Shown here: positions 12,806 to 22,443 of the stretch, piece after piece
Layout of the letters: every line of letters begins with the position of its first letter
How positions within the stretch are numbered: the stretch's first letter is position 1
Assembly: GCA_025558095.1 (NCBI GenBank)
Contig: JAIVFI010000008.1
Span: 186,001 to 250,000 of the forward strand
DNA length: 64,000 nucleotides
Direction of reading: 5' to 3'
DNA from: Hyaloraphidium curvatum SAG 235-1
Lineage: Eukaryota > Fungi > Monoblepharomycota
The notes under the pieces: generated by a model
What the model was told of the DNA's origin: nothing
What the model saw: the letters and a program-made list of their open reading frames with translations, nothing else
The model's database searches: none
Program-made: the position numbers and the translations under genes

Positions 12806-14468
12806 ATGCCGGCACTTGCTATCGACTGGGAGAGGTTCGCGCCTCAGCGCGCCGTCGTCGGCGGCCTGGTGGGCACCGCTGCGTCCCTGCTCTCCGCTGG
12901 CCGCTCACCGTGGCTCCATTCCTCTTTCTCTTCATCCTTCGCCTTTCTCAGATCATGGCCGTTGCGTCCCAGATTCTCATGTACACGCTCGGACAGATTG
13001 CCGGGATAAGCGGCATCCTCCGCAACGCGATACAGGGCACCCTGGGATGGCAGACGAGCTTCGTCGCCGGGCTGCTCCTCGCCGGCGTGTGGACCAGCGT
13101 GACGACGCATGCGCTTGAGGACAGCACGATGGCAAACTACTACGGCGCGCTGACTCCGTCCTCGGTGGTGCCGACCAAGGGCCTGACGATCCTGGCGGCC
13201 CTGGTGATGGGCTTCGGCGCCACCATGGCCAACGGCTGCACTTCGGGGCACGGCGTGTGCGGCATAGGGAGGGCGTCGCCGCGGTCGACCACGGCCGTGG
13301 CCACCTTCATGCTGGCAGGCATGGTCGCCTCGTCAATCGTCCGCTTCCTGAAGACCTACTACGTCGAGCACGGCAAGGAGGACTCTTTGCTGGGGAAGGT
13401 GGCATCGCTGGCTTACCGCCGTGCGTCCGAGGACCCCTACTGGACGCTGCAGAGCGACAAGTTTCAGCACGAAACCTTCACCGCCGCTTGGGGATTCCAG
13501 CTCGGCCTTTTCGTCCTCTACGTCTTCATCCTGGCTTGGTACCTGCAGTACAAGAAGACCACGATCTACGACCTCTTTCCCTTCCTGGGAACCGTGCGCG
13601 ACGTGGCTTTCCCGAACAAACAGCGCCGCCTGTCGGTTGCTTCCGACATGGCGCGGGGAGGATACGCCCCCGAACTGCCCTTCGAGAGCGACGTGGCCGA
13701 CATCGGCGAGACAGAGGAGACCCCGGCGGAGGACGCGAAGCACACCAACGGAGCCTCGGCAGGGATCGCCGTCGCGGCCGCCAACGGCACCGCGCAGCTG
13801 CGCAAGAAGCCCGCCGGCACTCCTGTGCCCGCCGCACCCGTGTCGCAGAACAAGCGCACCCCCGCCGAGTACGCCACGCTCATCAACCAGCACCTGATCG
13901 CCATCGCCACGGGTTTCATGTTCGGCTACGGCCTCGTCTTCTCGGGGATGGGCAACCCCGAGCGCGTGCAGTCATTCCTCGACCCGCTGGGATTCGGCTC
14001 AAAGTGGGATCCCACGCTCATGTTTGGTGGGCCTTTCGTGTGTTGCTCGTGATCTGGCAGGTCATCTGATCCTCGAATGGCAGTCATGGGCGGCGCCGTG
14101 CTGCCAAACCTCGTCGTGTTCCGCCTCATGCGCGACTCCGAGCTCGACGTGCAGATCCTCCACGGCCCCCACGGCAAGCCGGTCCCCTTTAGCCAGGCCG
14201 TCAAGTACGGGCCCGTCGAAGCCAACATGAAGATCGACCGCAACCTCATCGTCGGATCGATCTTGTTCGGAGCATCGTGGGGAGCGCTCGGCGTCGTGAG
14301 TCTCTGCAGCTCACGTGTTATGTTCGAACCTGCATGCTAACGCATAATTTGTTGCAGTGCCCCGGGCCCGGGATCGTCTCTTTCGCTACCGCACACTACC
14401 CCACTACCCTTGCCGTGCCGTTCATCGGCCTCGGCGCCATCCTGCGCACATGGCTGTCGACCCTCTAG
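12806..14468 (+). CDS. YeeE/YedE-family (thiosulfate/sulfur transport) membrane protein with the two halves fused
   Basis: G.IAGISGI; GFGATMANGCTSGHGVCG; GLVFSGMGNPERVQSFLD..WDPTLMF; GSILFGASWG..G.CPGPG; first intron about 12870-12951. Confidence 0.9.
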
Positions 14469-14774
14469 ATTGACCATGTCCATGATGTGCAGCGTCTGAT
14501 ATCAGCACGTGCCGACGATCACTCCTTTGCTAGATGAATAGAGTCCAATTCGAATGTTCCTGCCAGGAAGGTGCTTTGCAACTCATCCCTCCATGCCCAG
14601 GCATTCGCCGCCCCTCCGATGCCCGAGCCGCACTTGCCTCAAAGCCATCGTTAATTGCAAATGACAGACAGACATTTCCGCTCGCATCCGCGCACCTAGG
14701 TGTATCCCCATTGCGTCACCTCTGGCAGGGTTTGGGCTCGCGGTTTTCCCGCCCCGGGCAGCCGCGATTCCGCA

Positions 14775-16575
14775 ATGGAACTCGCGGCCACGAGCCCAGA
14801 GCCCGCGCCGCCAGTTCTCCGCCGTGGCTCGGCCGGCGAGGGCCAGCCGCTCCTGGAGTTCCTCGTCGGCGCCGCGACGGTGCGGAGGGCCACCGGCGCG
14901 GTTGCGCGCGGACAGTCGTCTCCGCTCCCGTTGCCGGCCAATCGCGGGATCGAGGCGCCCGAAACGGTGCTGCCTAAGACGGTCTCGTACACATTTGGGT
15001 CGGCGGCGGCGGCCCTGAAAGGGCCTGCTCGGGCGTTGATCCCGGCTTCCACCAATGCGGCTTCCCCCTCATCCCTTCCCGCTGAGCTCCCCTCCTCCGC
15101 TCTCCCGTCTCTCCCTGACCGGGCCCCGGCATCCCTCCCCACTGAGCTCTATGCCTTGCTGGAACCCTGTGTCGACCGCTTCTTCGCCTTCACGCACAGG
15201 CTGATTCCTGTCGTACACCGCCCGAGCTTCCTGCGGGCTTGTTCGGGACAAACGACGGACATCTTTGGCGGCCTCTGGCCGCTCTCGTTGCAGATGGCAA
15301 TGGCTGCCGAGGGCGCCTTCACGGCACCGATGCCTTCGGAAGCACTGCGCCGAGCTGCGATTCGGGGATTTGCGGACTTTGCCAAGGACTTGCTCGACGC
15401 ATCCCCGATGCTCGATTTGGGATCATGCCTGGCCACGGGCATACTCTGCGGGGTCTACGCCGCCGCGGGGGCTCCGGCCCGAGGAGACGATCTGCTGGCC
15501 GGTGCAGCACGGACGTGCGACGCACTCTACCGCTCCCTTCCCCGGACAACCCCTGCGACGGCGAGCGAATGGCTCCTGCGCGAGCAGACGGTGCGGCTGC
15601 GAGTGCTGCTTTCCCTCTACGATACCACCGCTGCCGCCCGCAAAGGCTGCAAGACGTCTGCCGCCTATTTCATGGACGAAATCTACCCCATGCCGTGCGC
15701 GGATTTGATCTACGACTCGGACGATCATGAGACGTCTTTCCGGGCTCTTCAATCTGCCTCGCCGACCGCCTTGCATCAACTTTGCCGCCCTGGATGTCAA
15801 TACAGCGGTCACGCACTGCCGCCTGCTGGGCTCGGCGTCGTTTCATGGCTGCTCGGTCCTGAACACGCTCCTGTTTGCCGTGCTGGTGCAGCACTTTCTT
15901 CTCCTCGTCGAACGCTCTGGCGTGCCGCAGGCTCAGCTGCGGTATATTTCGGCGCCCTTTGCTTCTCTTCACCGCGCCGTCAACGAGGCCATACCTCCGG
16001 ACGTCGCCCGTGCCCTCGATACGGTAGACCCGGGCCTGTACATCTCGTCTTGCCGGCGGCATCTCGGAAGCGAGGTGGCGGGATGGGGCCACTTCTGCTC
16101 CGTCATCGCCGCCGACGCCCGCCTCGTCGACATTGTCGGCGCCGGGGGCTTCGTCGCGACGAGCGCCAACCGGGCCGAGCGCAAGGGCCGCTTCTTTGCC
16201 GGGGTCGCGGCATTCGATCCGGACTACAAGTGGGCCCACGTCTCGCTGCTGCATCCCCTGCTCCGCGACGGCGAGATACTCCTGGAGGGCCTCGCAGCCG
16301 AGAGGACCAATGAGATCGGCGAAAGCGAAGGCGAGACCGAGCGCAGGCTGCAGCGGATCGTAGGCTACGAGGCCTCCGTGCGGAGCATCGCCAGGGTGCT
16401 GGCGGTCCTGGGAAGGAGGTTCGGTCTGGAGGCGGCGCGGGTCGCTGCCGGCTACGTCGAGCTGGCTAGGACCCGGGGCGTGGATGTCGCTGACGTGGTC
16501 GCTGACGGATGGGGCGAATGGAGCCCGCTAGCTGGCACCGCTGTGACTCTACATTGGTGCGCGAACGGACACTGA
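14775..16575 (+). pseudogene. Frameshifted paralogue of the 19651-21474 fungal transcription-factor-like gene
   Basis: Colinear with the second copy (RRGSAGEGQPLL.FLVG; RTCDALYRSLPRTTPAT.SEWLLREQTVR; WAHVSLLHPLLR); apparent 8-nt deletion near 15767 shifts the frame. Confidence 0.8.
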
Positions 16576-17495
16576 CACTAACTCGCGCGGCGGAAGTCTG
16601 ATCCGCGTCCCCGCCGCTGGCTCCCTTGCTAGCTTTGCCGCGGAGCGGCCCCGCGAGCGGCAGCGAGCCCCGCGTCAGCGGGCACGTTGCCTGCCGCAGG
16701 CCCGTTCCCCGGCCGCAGCCCTGTCTCCCCGTCGCAGGCCCGTACACCCGGCGCTGCCTCCCCTGCTAGCTTCGCGCGGAGCGGCTCCCGAGCGTCAGCG
16801 AGCGCGTTTGTTTGGTTGTTGTGTTGTGCTCGGCCCTATAGACAGGCGCGGGCAACTCCGCCAACCGTTCATCCCTCGCCGTGGGGCGAACGGGAGCCCG
16901 GCGGGAGCCGGCTGGAGCACGGGACATCCGAACGGATGCATTTGGCGCAATAAACGCCGCGGGGAAATGCACTGGTAGTGGGGGACCGGGGTAGGGGGGC
17001 GGGGACAACCGGGTCGGCGGGCGGCGGAGGGCACCCGAGGGTCCGCCGCGGCCTCCAGAACCCGCAGAAATATCGCGCGCAGCCGTCGGAACGGCCGGCG
17101 GGGTCGTACGGTGCGCTGTCTGCGCGCGATGGGCGGCGGGAGCCGGCGGGTCCGATGCTCGCCGGCGGCCGCCTTCCCCCACCCGGAGCACGATGCCGGC
17201 CTGCTTCCAACGCGGCGGCGCTATCTTCCGGCATTTTTCTGCGCGAACGGAGGGTTTCCGCGGACGGGCGGCGGCGGGCGCGGGGCCGTGGGTGCGGGCC
17301 GGCGACGTGCCCTCGGACCGCCGCCCCGGCTCTTCCCCGTACCTTCCCTCGACCGGCTTGCCTCGGATCGGGCTTTACCCACTCCAAGCACCTGCCGCCC
17401 GCGCGGATCGCGGGTTTGGCCAGCGTCGGGGACACTCCGTCGACTTTGGACAGGGACGGTCTCGGGGACGGCACAATCAACATCCCGCGGGCCAT

Positions 17496-17812
17496 CTATT
17501 GCCCCCCCGCCGCGGCGCCCTCCCTGACGTACGTGAACATGCAGCCCGTCGTTAGCGCGCCGCGCAGGACGTCGGCAAACGGGCGCGCGGGGAACGTGCG
17601 GGCGTCGTCGTGCCGCACCCAGAGGCCCGTGTCCGCCTGGCGTACGTCGGCGACGTAGTGCCCCGCACCGTTGGGTCCCTGGTGCTGGACGACGCTGCGT
17701 GGTGGTGGCGCGGTCGGCGACGCGGTCAGCAGTGCCCAGCGCGGACGTTTTCCGCCCGGTGGCCGGAAGCCCACCATTGGAGGCGGTACCGCGCGACGGT
17801 CCCTGTTTCTGA
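17496..17812 (-). pseudogene. Isolated C-terminal His-box fragment of a ubiquitin-specific protease (USP/C19)
   Basis: Removing intron 17695-17774 gives YRLQCVVQHQGPNGAGHYVADVRQADTGLWVRHDDAR...GCMFTY; in-frame TAA at 17813-17815 upstream; no Cys box seen. Confidence 0.7.
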
Positions 17813-17927
17813 TTATGTTCTGATCTTTCTCTTGATGCAGACTGCGGATGGCTTTTCACGATCTCTACACATGCGATTCCGGCCCCATATGTTACGGCTT
17901 TTTGCCCTGCATGCAGAGCCACAGTTC

Positions 17928-19190
17928 TCAACGGGTGTCGCCGTCACCTCCCGTCGCCCCTTCGTCGCCGCCATTGTTCTCGTCCCCTTCCTCCCCGCCG
18001 CCGGCGGCATCTTCCTCCGGATCCTGCCCCTCGCCCGCATCCGCCGGCTCCGGTGTCTGCCTCCCCCTCCTGCACCTGTCCTTGACCGCCGCCTGCCTGA
18101 CCAGGCCGCCTCCCGCGACGCGCTGCGAGATGATCTGCGGCAGGATGGAGACCTTTTTCCCCGCCTTGTTGTTGCACACGGCCAGCGGGGAGCACCGGCC
18201 CCAGTCGAGCACGCGGGCATAGTACCGGTTGTCCTTGTGCAGGTCGATGGGCTTGCTCGCGGGGACGTCCGAGTTATCGAGCGGGATCAGTTGGCCCACG
18301 TGCTTGAAGAGGAGCGGCGGCGGGACCATGCTGACGGGGTCGTTCGTGCTACCTTGATTGACAAACCTGAAATAAGTCTTGACCACACTCTCGAAGGAGC
18401 GGGCAAAGTCGGAGTTGCCGACGCGGGGGCTTCCGAAGGTGACCAAATGGACTTTGTACCCTTTGGATGCGATCCAGTGCGCCGTGAGCGTACTGATGGC
18501 GCCGCCTGATCCGCCGAGCGGACTGTCAGTAGCCGCACATGCAGCGCTGCCGCAATGCCCACCTAAGGAGTGGCCCGAAATGAGAAACGTCGTGGTCGCC
18601 GTGTCGATGCTGTCGAAGTTGAGGAAGCCCTCCATCCACGTCCTGGCTTCCTCGAACCGGCCCTGGAACCCGCGGTGCACCTTGCCGCAGTCCTCGTCCG
18701 GCTTGCCCGTCGTGCACGGCACCCTGAGCGCGTTGAGGTCATCGAGCCAATCGTTGAGCGTCTTGGTGCCCTTGAAGGCCAGCACGCGCCAGCGTGGGGG
18801 GGTGTTACCGTCCTCCCAGTATGTGGCGTATCCACCAAGGCCCTTTTCCTTCCTCCGCAGGGTCATTTTGGCGCAGCCACCGTCGGGGGCCCTGTAGTCG
18901 AGCGTGTAGGTGGCGGTACGCGAGGTAAAGAGGTCTTGGCGGTAAACATCCTTGGCAAAAGCGGCGGCAAACGCGGCCAGCGACACGGCATTTGCCTGAT
19001 TCCACTCGAGAGGGGGGCTACGCGGCACAGGGGGCCGCGGGGCGATTGGGGGACGTCCCGGGAGGACCGGGCGGTGGCCGCCTGCAAGGGCGTTGGCGCG
19101 CGAGCGCCCCACGGCCTGGTCGCCGCCCTCGGCCGCCGCGGCGACCCCAGCAAGCGCAAGGAGCACAACCGCCGCGAGATTGAGCCTCAT
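17928..19190 (-). CDS. Secreted class 3 lipase (alpha/beta hydrolase)
   Basis: Signal peptide MRLNLAAVVLLALAGVAAAA; LAFKGT..LNDWLDDL; KVHRGF; GHSLGGA after removing the 57-nt intron 18506-18562; TFGSPRVGN; DPVSMVPP; HVG. Confidence 0.9.
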   Translation of the reverse strand: MRLNLAAVVLLALAGVAAAAEGGDQAVGRSRANALAGGHRPVLPGRPPIAPRPPVPRSPPLEWNQANAVSLAAFAAAFAKDVYRQDLFTSRTATYTLDYRAPDGGCAKMTLRRKEKGLGGYATYWEDGNTPPRWRVLAFKGTKTLNDWLDDLNALRVPCTTGKPDEDCGKVHRGFQGRFEEARTWMEGFLNFDSIDTATTTFLISGHSLGGHCGSAACAATDSPLGGSGGAISTLTAHWIASKGYKVHLVTFGSPRVGNSDFARSFESVVKTYFRFVNQGSTNDPVSMVPPPLLFKHVGQLIPLDNSDVPASKPIDLHKDNRYYARVLDWGRCSPLAVCNNKAGKKVSILPQIISQRVAGGGLVRQAAVKDRCRRGRQTPEPADAGEGQDPEEDAAGGGEEGDENNGGDEGATGGDGDTR

Positions 19191-19650
19191 TTCGGGGATT
19201 CGGCGCAGAGGGCAACGCGGGAGTTGTCGGTGATTCGTTCGCGGGTCCTGCAACTATCCCCAGTCTAGACCCTGATGGCTTCGCCAACACTGGTCGGCAC
19301 GTTCACGATTCCTGGCAAACAATCACAGTGCTGTAAGGCTGCTGCGTCCCAAGCACTTGATGGATAGCTGCCAGGTGCGAATGCACGTGCTCGCTGCGGG
19401 TACAGAGAGGCCCTGTCACGATCGATCTGGCCATCATCTCCACGGCGGCCACGGCGGCAAACTGAGTCCTCTTCTCTGCCCTGCCTGGAACCACAGCGAG
19501 TGGGCTCTTCAGGTGCGTAAGTCATTGGTCCCGGCCGCATGGGTGGGTCCGGGTGTTGGTTGATCGAGGCTCATCAGATCTGCACTGCCTTCAGATGCCG
19601 GCCACTTGACATTCCCCCTCCCTCCGCCTCCTCCGCTCCGCCTCCTCCGC

Positions 19651-21474
19651 ATGGGGTCCGCCGAGCCGTTCCGCCGGGCGTCGCTGCAGCCGGCGGCGCG
19701 CACCGGGGAGCCGCCCCTGTCCGCCGACTCGGGCTACTCGTCGTTCCCGCTGGCGCTCCGGCGCGCGTCCGGGCCGCCGTTCGCCGTGCCGGACGACGCG
19801 CCGATCATCACGCGCCGCGGCTCGGCCGGCGAGGGCCAGCCGCTTCTGCAGTTCCTCGTGGGGACCGCCGCCGCGCGCAGAGCCGTCGGGATCGCGCGCG
19901 GCGCGTCGGAGCCGGTCTCGCTGCCGATCGATCGGCCCGCAGGGAGCGAAGTGGAGCTGCCCAAGGCGGCTTCCTTCGCGTTCGGGGCGCCGGCGCCGCT
20001 GGGGCGGCCGCGGCCGCTCGCCCATCCGACGGCGTTGCCCGAGGCGGGGCCCGCATCGCTGCCCGAGGAGCTCCGCGCCCTGCTGCAACCTTGCGTGGAC
20101 CAGTGTGTGGCGTTCTCGAACAAATTGTTCCCGGCGTTGCACCGGACAAGCTTCATAAGGGCGTCGGCGGGCCTCCCGACGGCCATCTTTGGCGGGCAGC
20201 GGCCACTGTCGCTGCAGCTAGCCATGGCTGCGGAAGGGGCCCTGACGGCGTTCATGCCGTCGGAAACCTTGCGCCGAGCAGCCATAAAAGGCTTTGCGGA
20301 CCTCGCAACGGAGCTGCTTGGCGGGACGCCCGTCCTCGACCTAGGATCGTGCCTGGCTGCGAGCACCCTCTGCGGGGTGTACACCGCCGCGGGCGCCCCG
20401 GCCCGCGGGGATGGCATGCTCGCTCGTGCAGCACGGACCTGCGACGCGCTCTACCGCTCCCTTCCCCGGACAACTCCTGCCACAACATCAGAGTGGCTCC
20501 TGCGAGAGCAGACGGTGCGCGTCCGGGTGGTCCTGTCCCACTTCGACACCGCTGCTGCTGCCCGCACGGGGAGCAAGACGTCGGCCGCCTATTTTGCCGA
20601 GGAGGTGTACCCCATCCCGTGCGAGGACTCTCTCTACGACGCGGACGATCCTGAAGCGTCGTTCCGGGCTGTTCGCTTTGCGTGGCCGCCCACGGGCCCG
20701 CCCTCAATCACCTTTGGCACCCCGGACGTCAATTCTGCGATCCCTCACTGCCGAGCGCTCGGTTCGGCGCCCTTCCATGGCGGCTCTTCGCTCAACATGC
20801 TCCTGTTTTCCGTGCTCGTGCACCACTTCCTCCTCATCGTCGAGCGATCGGGCGTGCCCCAGGCGCAGCTGCGCTACATCTCGGCCCCTTTTGCTTCGCT
20901 GCACCGCGCCGTGGTCGAGGCGATCCCCTCGGACGTCGCCCACGCCCTGGCCTCGGTCGACGCCGGACTCTTCCTTTCTTCCTGCCGCCGCCACCTCGGC
21001 AACGACGCCGCCGCATGGGGCGTGCTCATCCCGCTGCTGGCCGCCGACGCCCGGATCGCCGACATCGTCGGCGCCGGCGGCTTCGTCGCGACCGCCGCCA
21101 ACCGCGCCGAGCGCAAGGCCCGCTTCTTCTCGCAGCTCGCCGAGCTGGACTCGGGCTTTCCCTGGGCCCACGTCTCGCTGCTGCATCCGCTCCTGCGAAA
21201 CGGTGAGATCCTGCTGGACGGGCTGGCGGCGGAGCGGACCAACGCCATTGGGCTGGACGAGGGCGAGACGGAGCGGCGGTCGCAGCGGATCGCGGGGTAC
21301 CAGGCAGCGGTGGTGACCGTCGCGGGCGTACTGGCGATCCTGGGGAGGAAGTTCGGGCTCGAGGCGGCGAGGGTCGCTGGGGACTACGTCGCGGCGGCGC
21401 GGGCGGCGGGCGTGGATGTTTCGGAGGCGGTGGCGGACGGGTGGGGAGAGTGGAAGCCACTCTGGGATGGTTAG
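19651..21474 (+). CDS. Fungal-specific transcription factor middle-homology-like protein; no Zn cluster seen; intact, intronless copy
   Basis: 608-codon ORF with FSNKLFPALHRTSF, a typical start of the Fungal_trans-like region; paralogue at 14775-16575. Confidence 0.65.
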   Translation: MGSAEPFRRASLQPAARTGEPPLSADSGYSSFPLALRRASGPPFAVPDDAPIITRRGSAGEGQPLLQFLVGTAAARRAVGIARGASEPVSLPIDRPAGSEVELPKAASFAFGAPAPLGRPRPLAHPTALPEAGPASLPEELRALLQPCVDQCVAFSNKLFPALHRTSFIRASAGLPTAIFGGQRPLSLQLAMAAEGALTAFMPSETLRRAAIKGFADLATELLGGTPVLDLGSCLAASTLCGVYTAAGAPARGDGMLARAARTCDALYRSLPRTTPATTSEWLLREQTVRVRVVLSHFDTAAAARTGSKTSAAYFAEEVYPIPCEDSLYDADDPEASFRAVRFAWPPTGPPSITFGTPDVNSAIPHCRALGSAPFHGGSSLNMLLFSVLVHHFLLIVERSGVPQAQLRYISAPFASLHRAVVEAIPSDVAHALASVDAGLFLSSCRRHLGNDAAAWGVLIPLLAADARIADIVGAGGFVATAANRAERKARFFSQLAELDSGFPWAHVSLLHPLLRNGEILLDGLAAERTNAIGLDEGETERRSQRIAGYQAAVVTVAGVLAILGRKFGLEAARVAGDYVAAARAAGVDVSEAVADGWGEWKPLWDG

Positions 21475-21591
21475 GCCTGTTGCCGTTCTGGAGAGCAATA
21501 CCAAGTCGATTGGAAGTTCGTTTCGTCACTGAACAAAGAAGATGGATTCGAAGACTGCTAAAAGAAAACGCCTCGACGCTACATCAAGCTA

Positions 21592-22188
21592 TCACTCCTC
21601 GAGCTCATCCTCCTCCTCTTCCTCCCCGCCCTCCTGGGCACCCTCCTGCTTCTTCTTGGGGCCACCCTTCTTGCGGCCACCCCCGGAGGAGCCCTTCTGC
21701 TGCTTGGAGCCGCCGCCTTGGAACTCGATCTTGCGCTCAATAGCCTTCTTGTAGATCGCACTGCGGGACGGGACATCAGGAGATGTTGCGGACGACGGTG
21801 CGCAGTTGTCTTGCCTTTCTTTGCCGGTGTTCTCTGCAGAAGAGACGGAAGAGGAGGGGAAGATCTACGGGTAAGAAGGCGACGGGAAGCTGCGAGCACG
21901 AGAAACGCACCGTTCTCGATCACGTAGCGCGGCTCATCTTCTGAGGCCTTGACGTTGCGGCCCGTCACGTTCGTCGGCTCCGTGACGATCTCCTTGATGA
22001 CACCAGTCGATGTCTGCGTTCCGCCCTCGCTGGTGGAACGAGGCCAGATCAGCGGTGGAACAAGGGCGGATTGCCGCGGCGGATACATACACGGCGTGGT
22101 ATTCCACTCGGTCGCCGACCTTGATCTCGACGCCTTCCATCTCGGTGCCCTCGCGGGCGGTGCCGGCGCCCTCGTCGGTCTTGGACAT
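21592..22188 (-). CDS. Hva1 Tudor-like (DUF2945-type) small protein, multi-exon
   Basis: IKVGDRVEY; STGVIKEIVTEPTNVTGRNVKASEDEPRYVIEN; Lys-rich then acidic tail. Confidence 0.75.
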
Positions 22189-22443
22189 GGCTCTTTCTGC
22201 GGCCGCGGCGGCGGCAAGGAGGCGGGAATCAGCGCGGCCGCGGTCGCGCGGCAAAGCGACCCACGGTTTCCGAAGGAGCGGTTGCTTCGGGAAGTGCTGC
22301 GGGGTGTGCAGGGTCGGGAAGGCAGTGATGGAACGCGATCCGTGCAGCGGTGACGTCAGCCTGAGCAGCTCCCAGAACGACAGCTGGCCTGGGGGTGAAT
22401 AAAACTCAAGACCTTTTGCTTGCGCGCGACCTGTGTTCGCTTC

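Noticed and set aside
16869-17495. ORF starting right after the USP-fragment stop codon (possible read-through)
   Set aside because: The USP fold is already complete before the stop, and the downstream peptide is low-complexity without a recognisable domain
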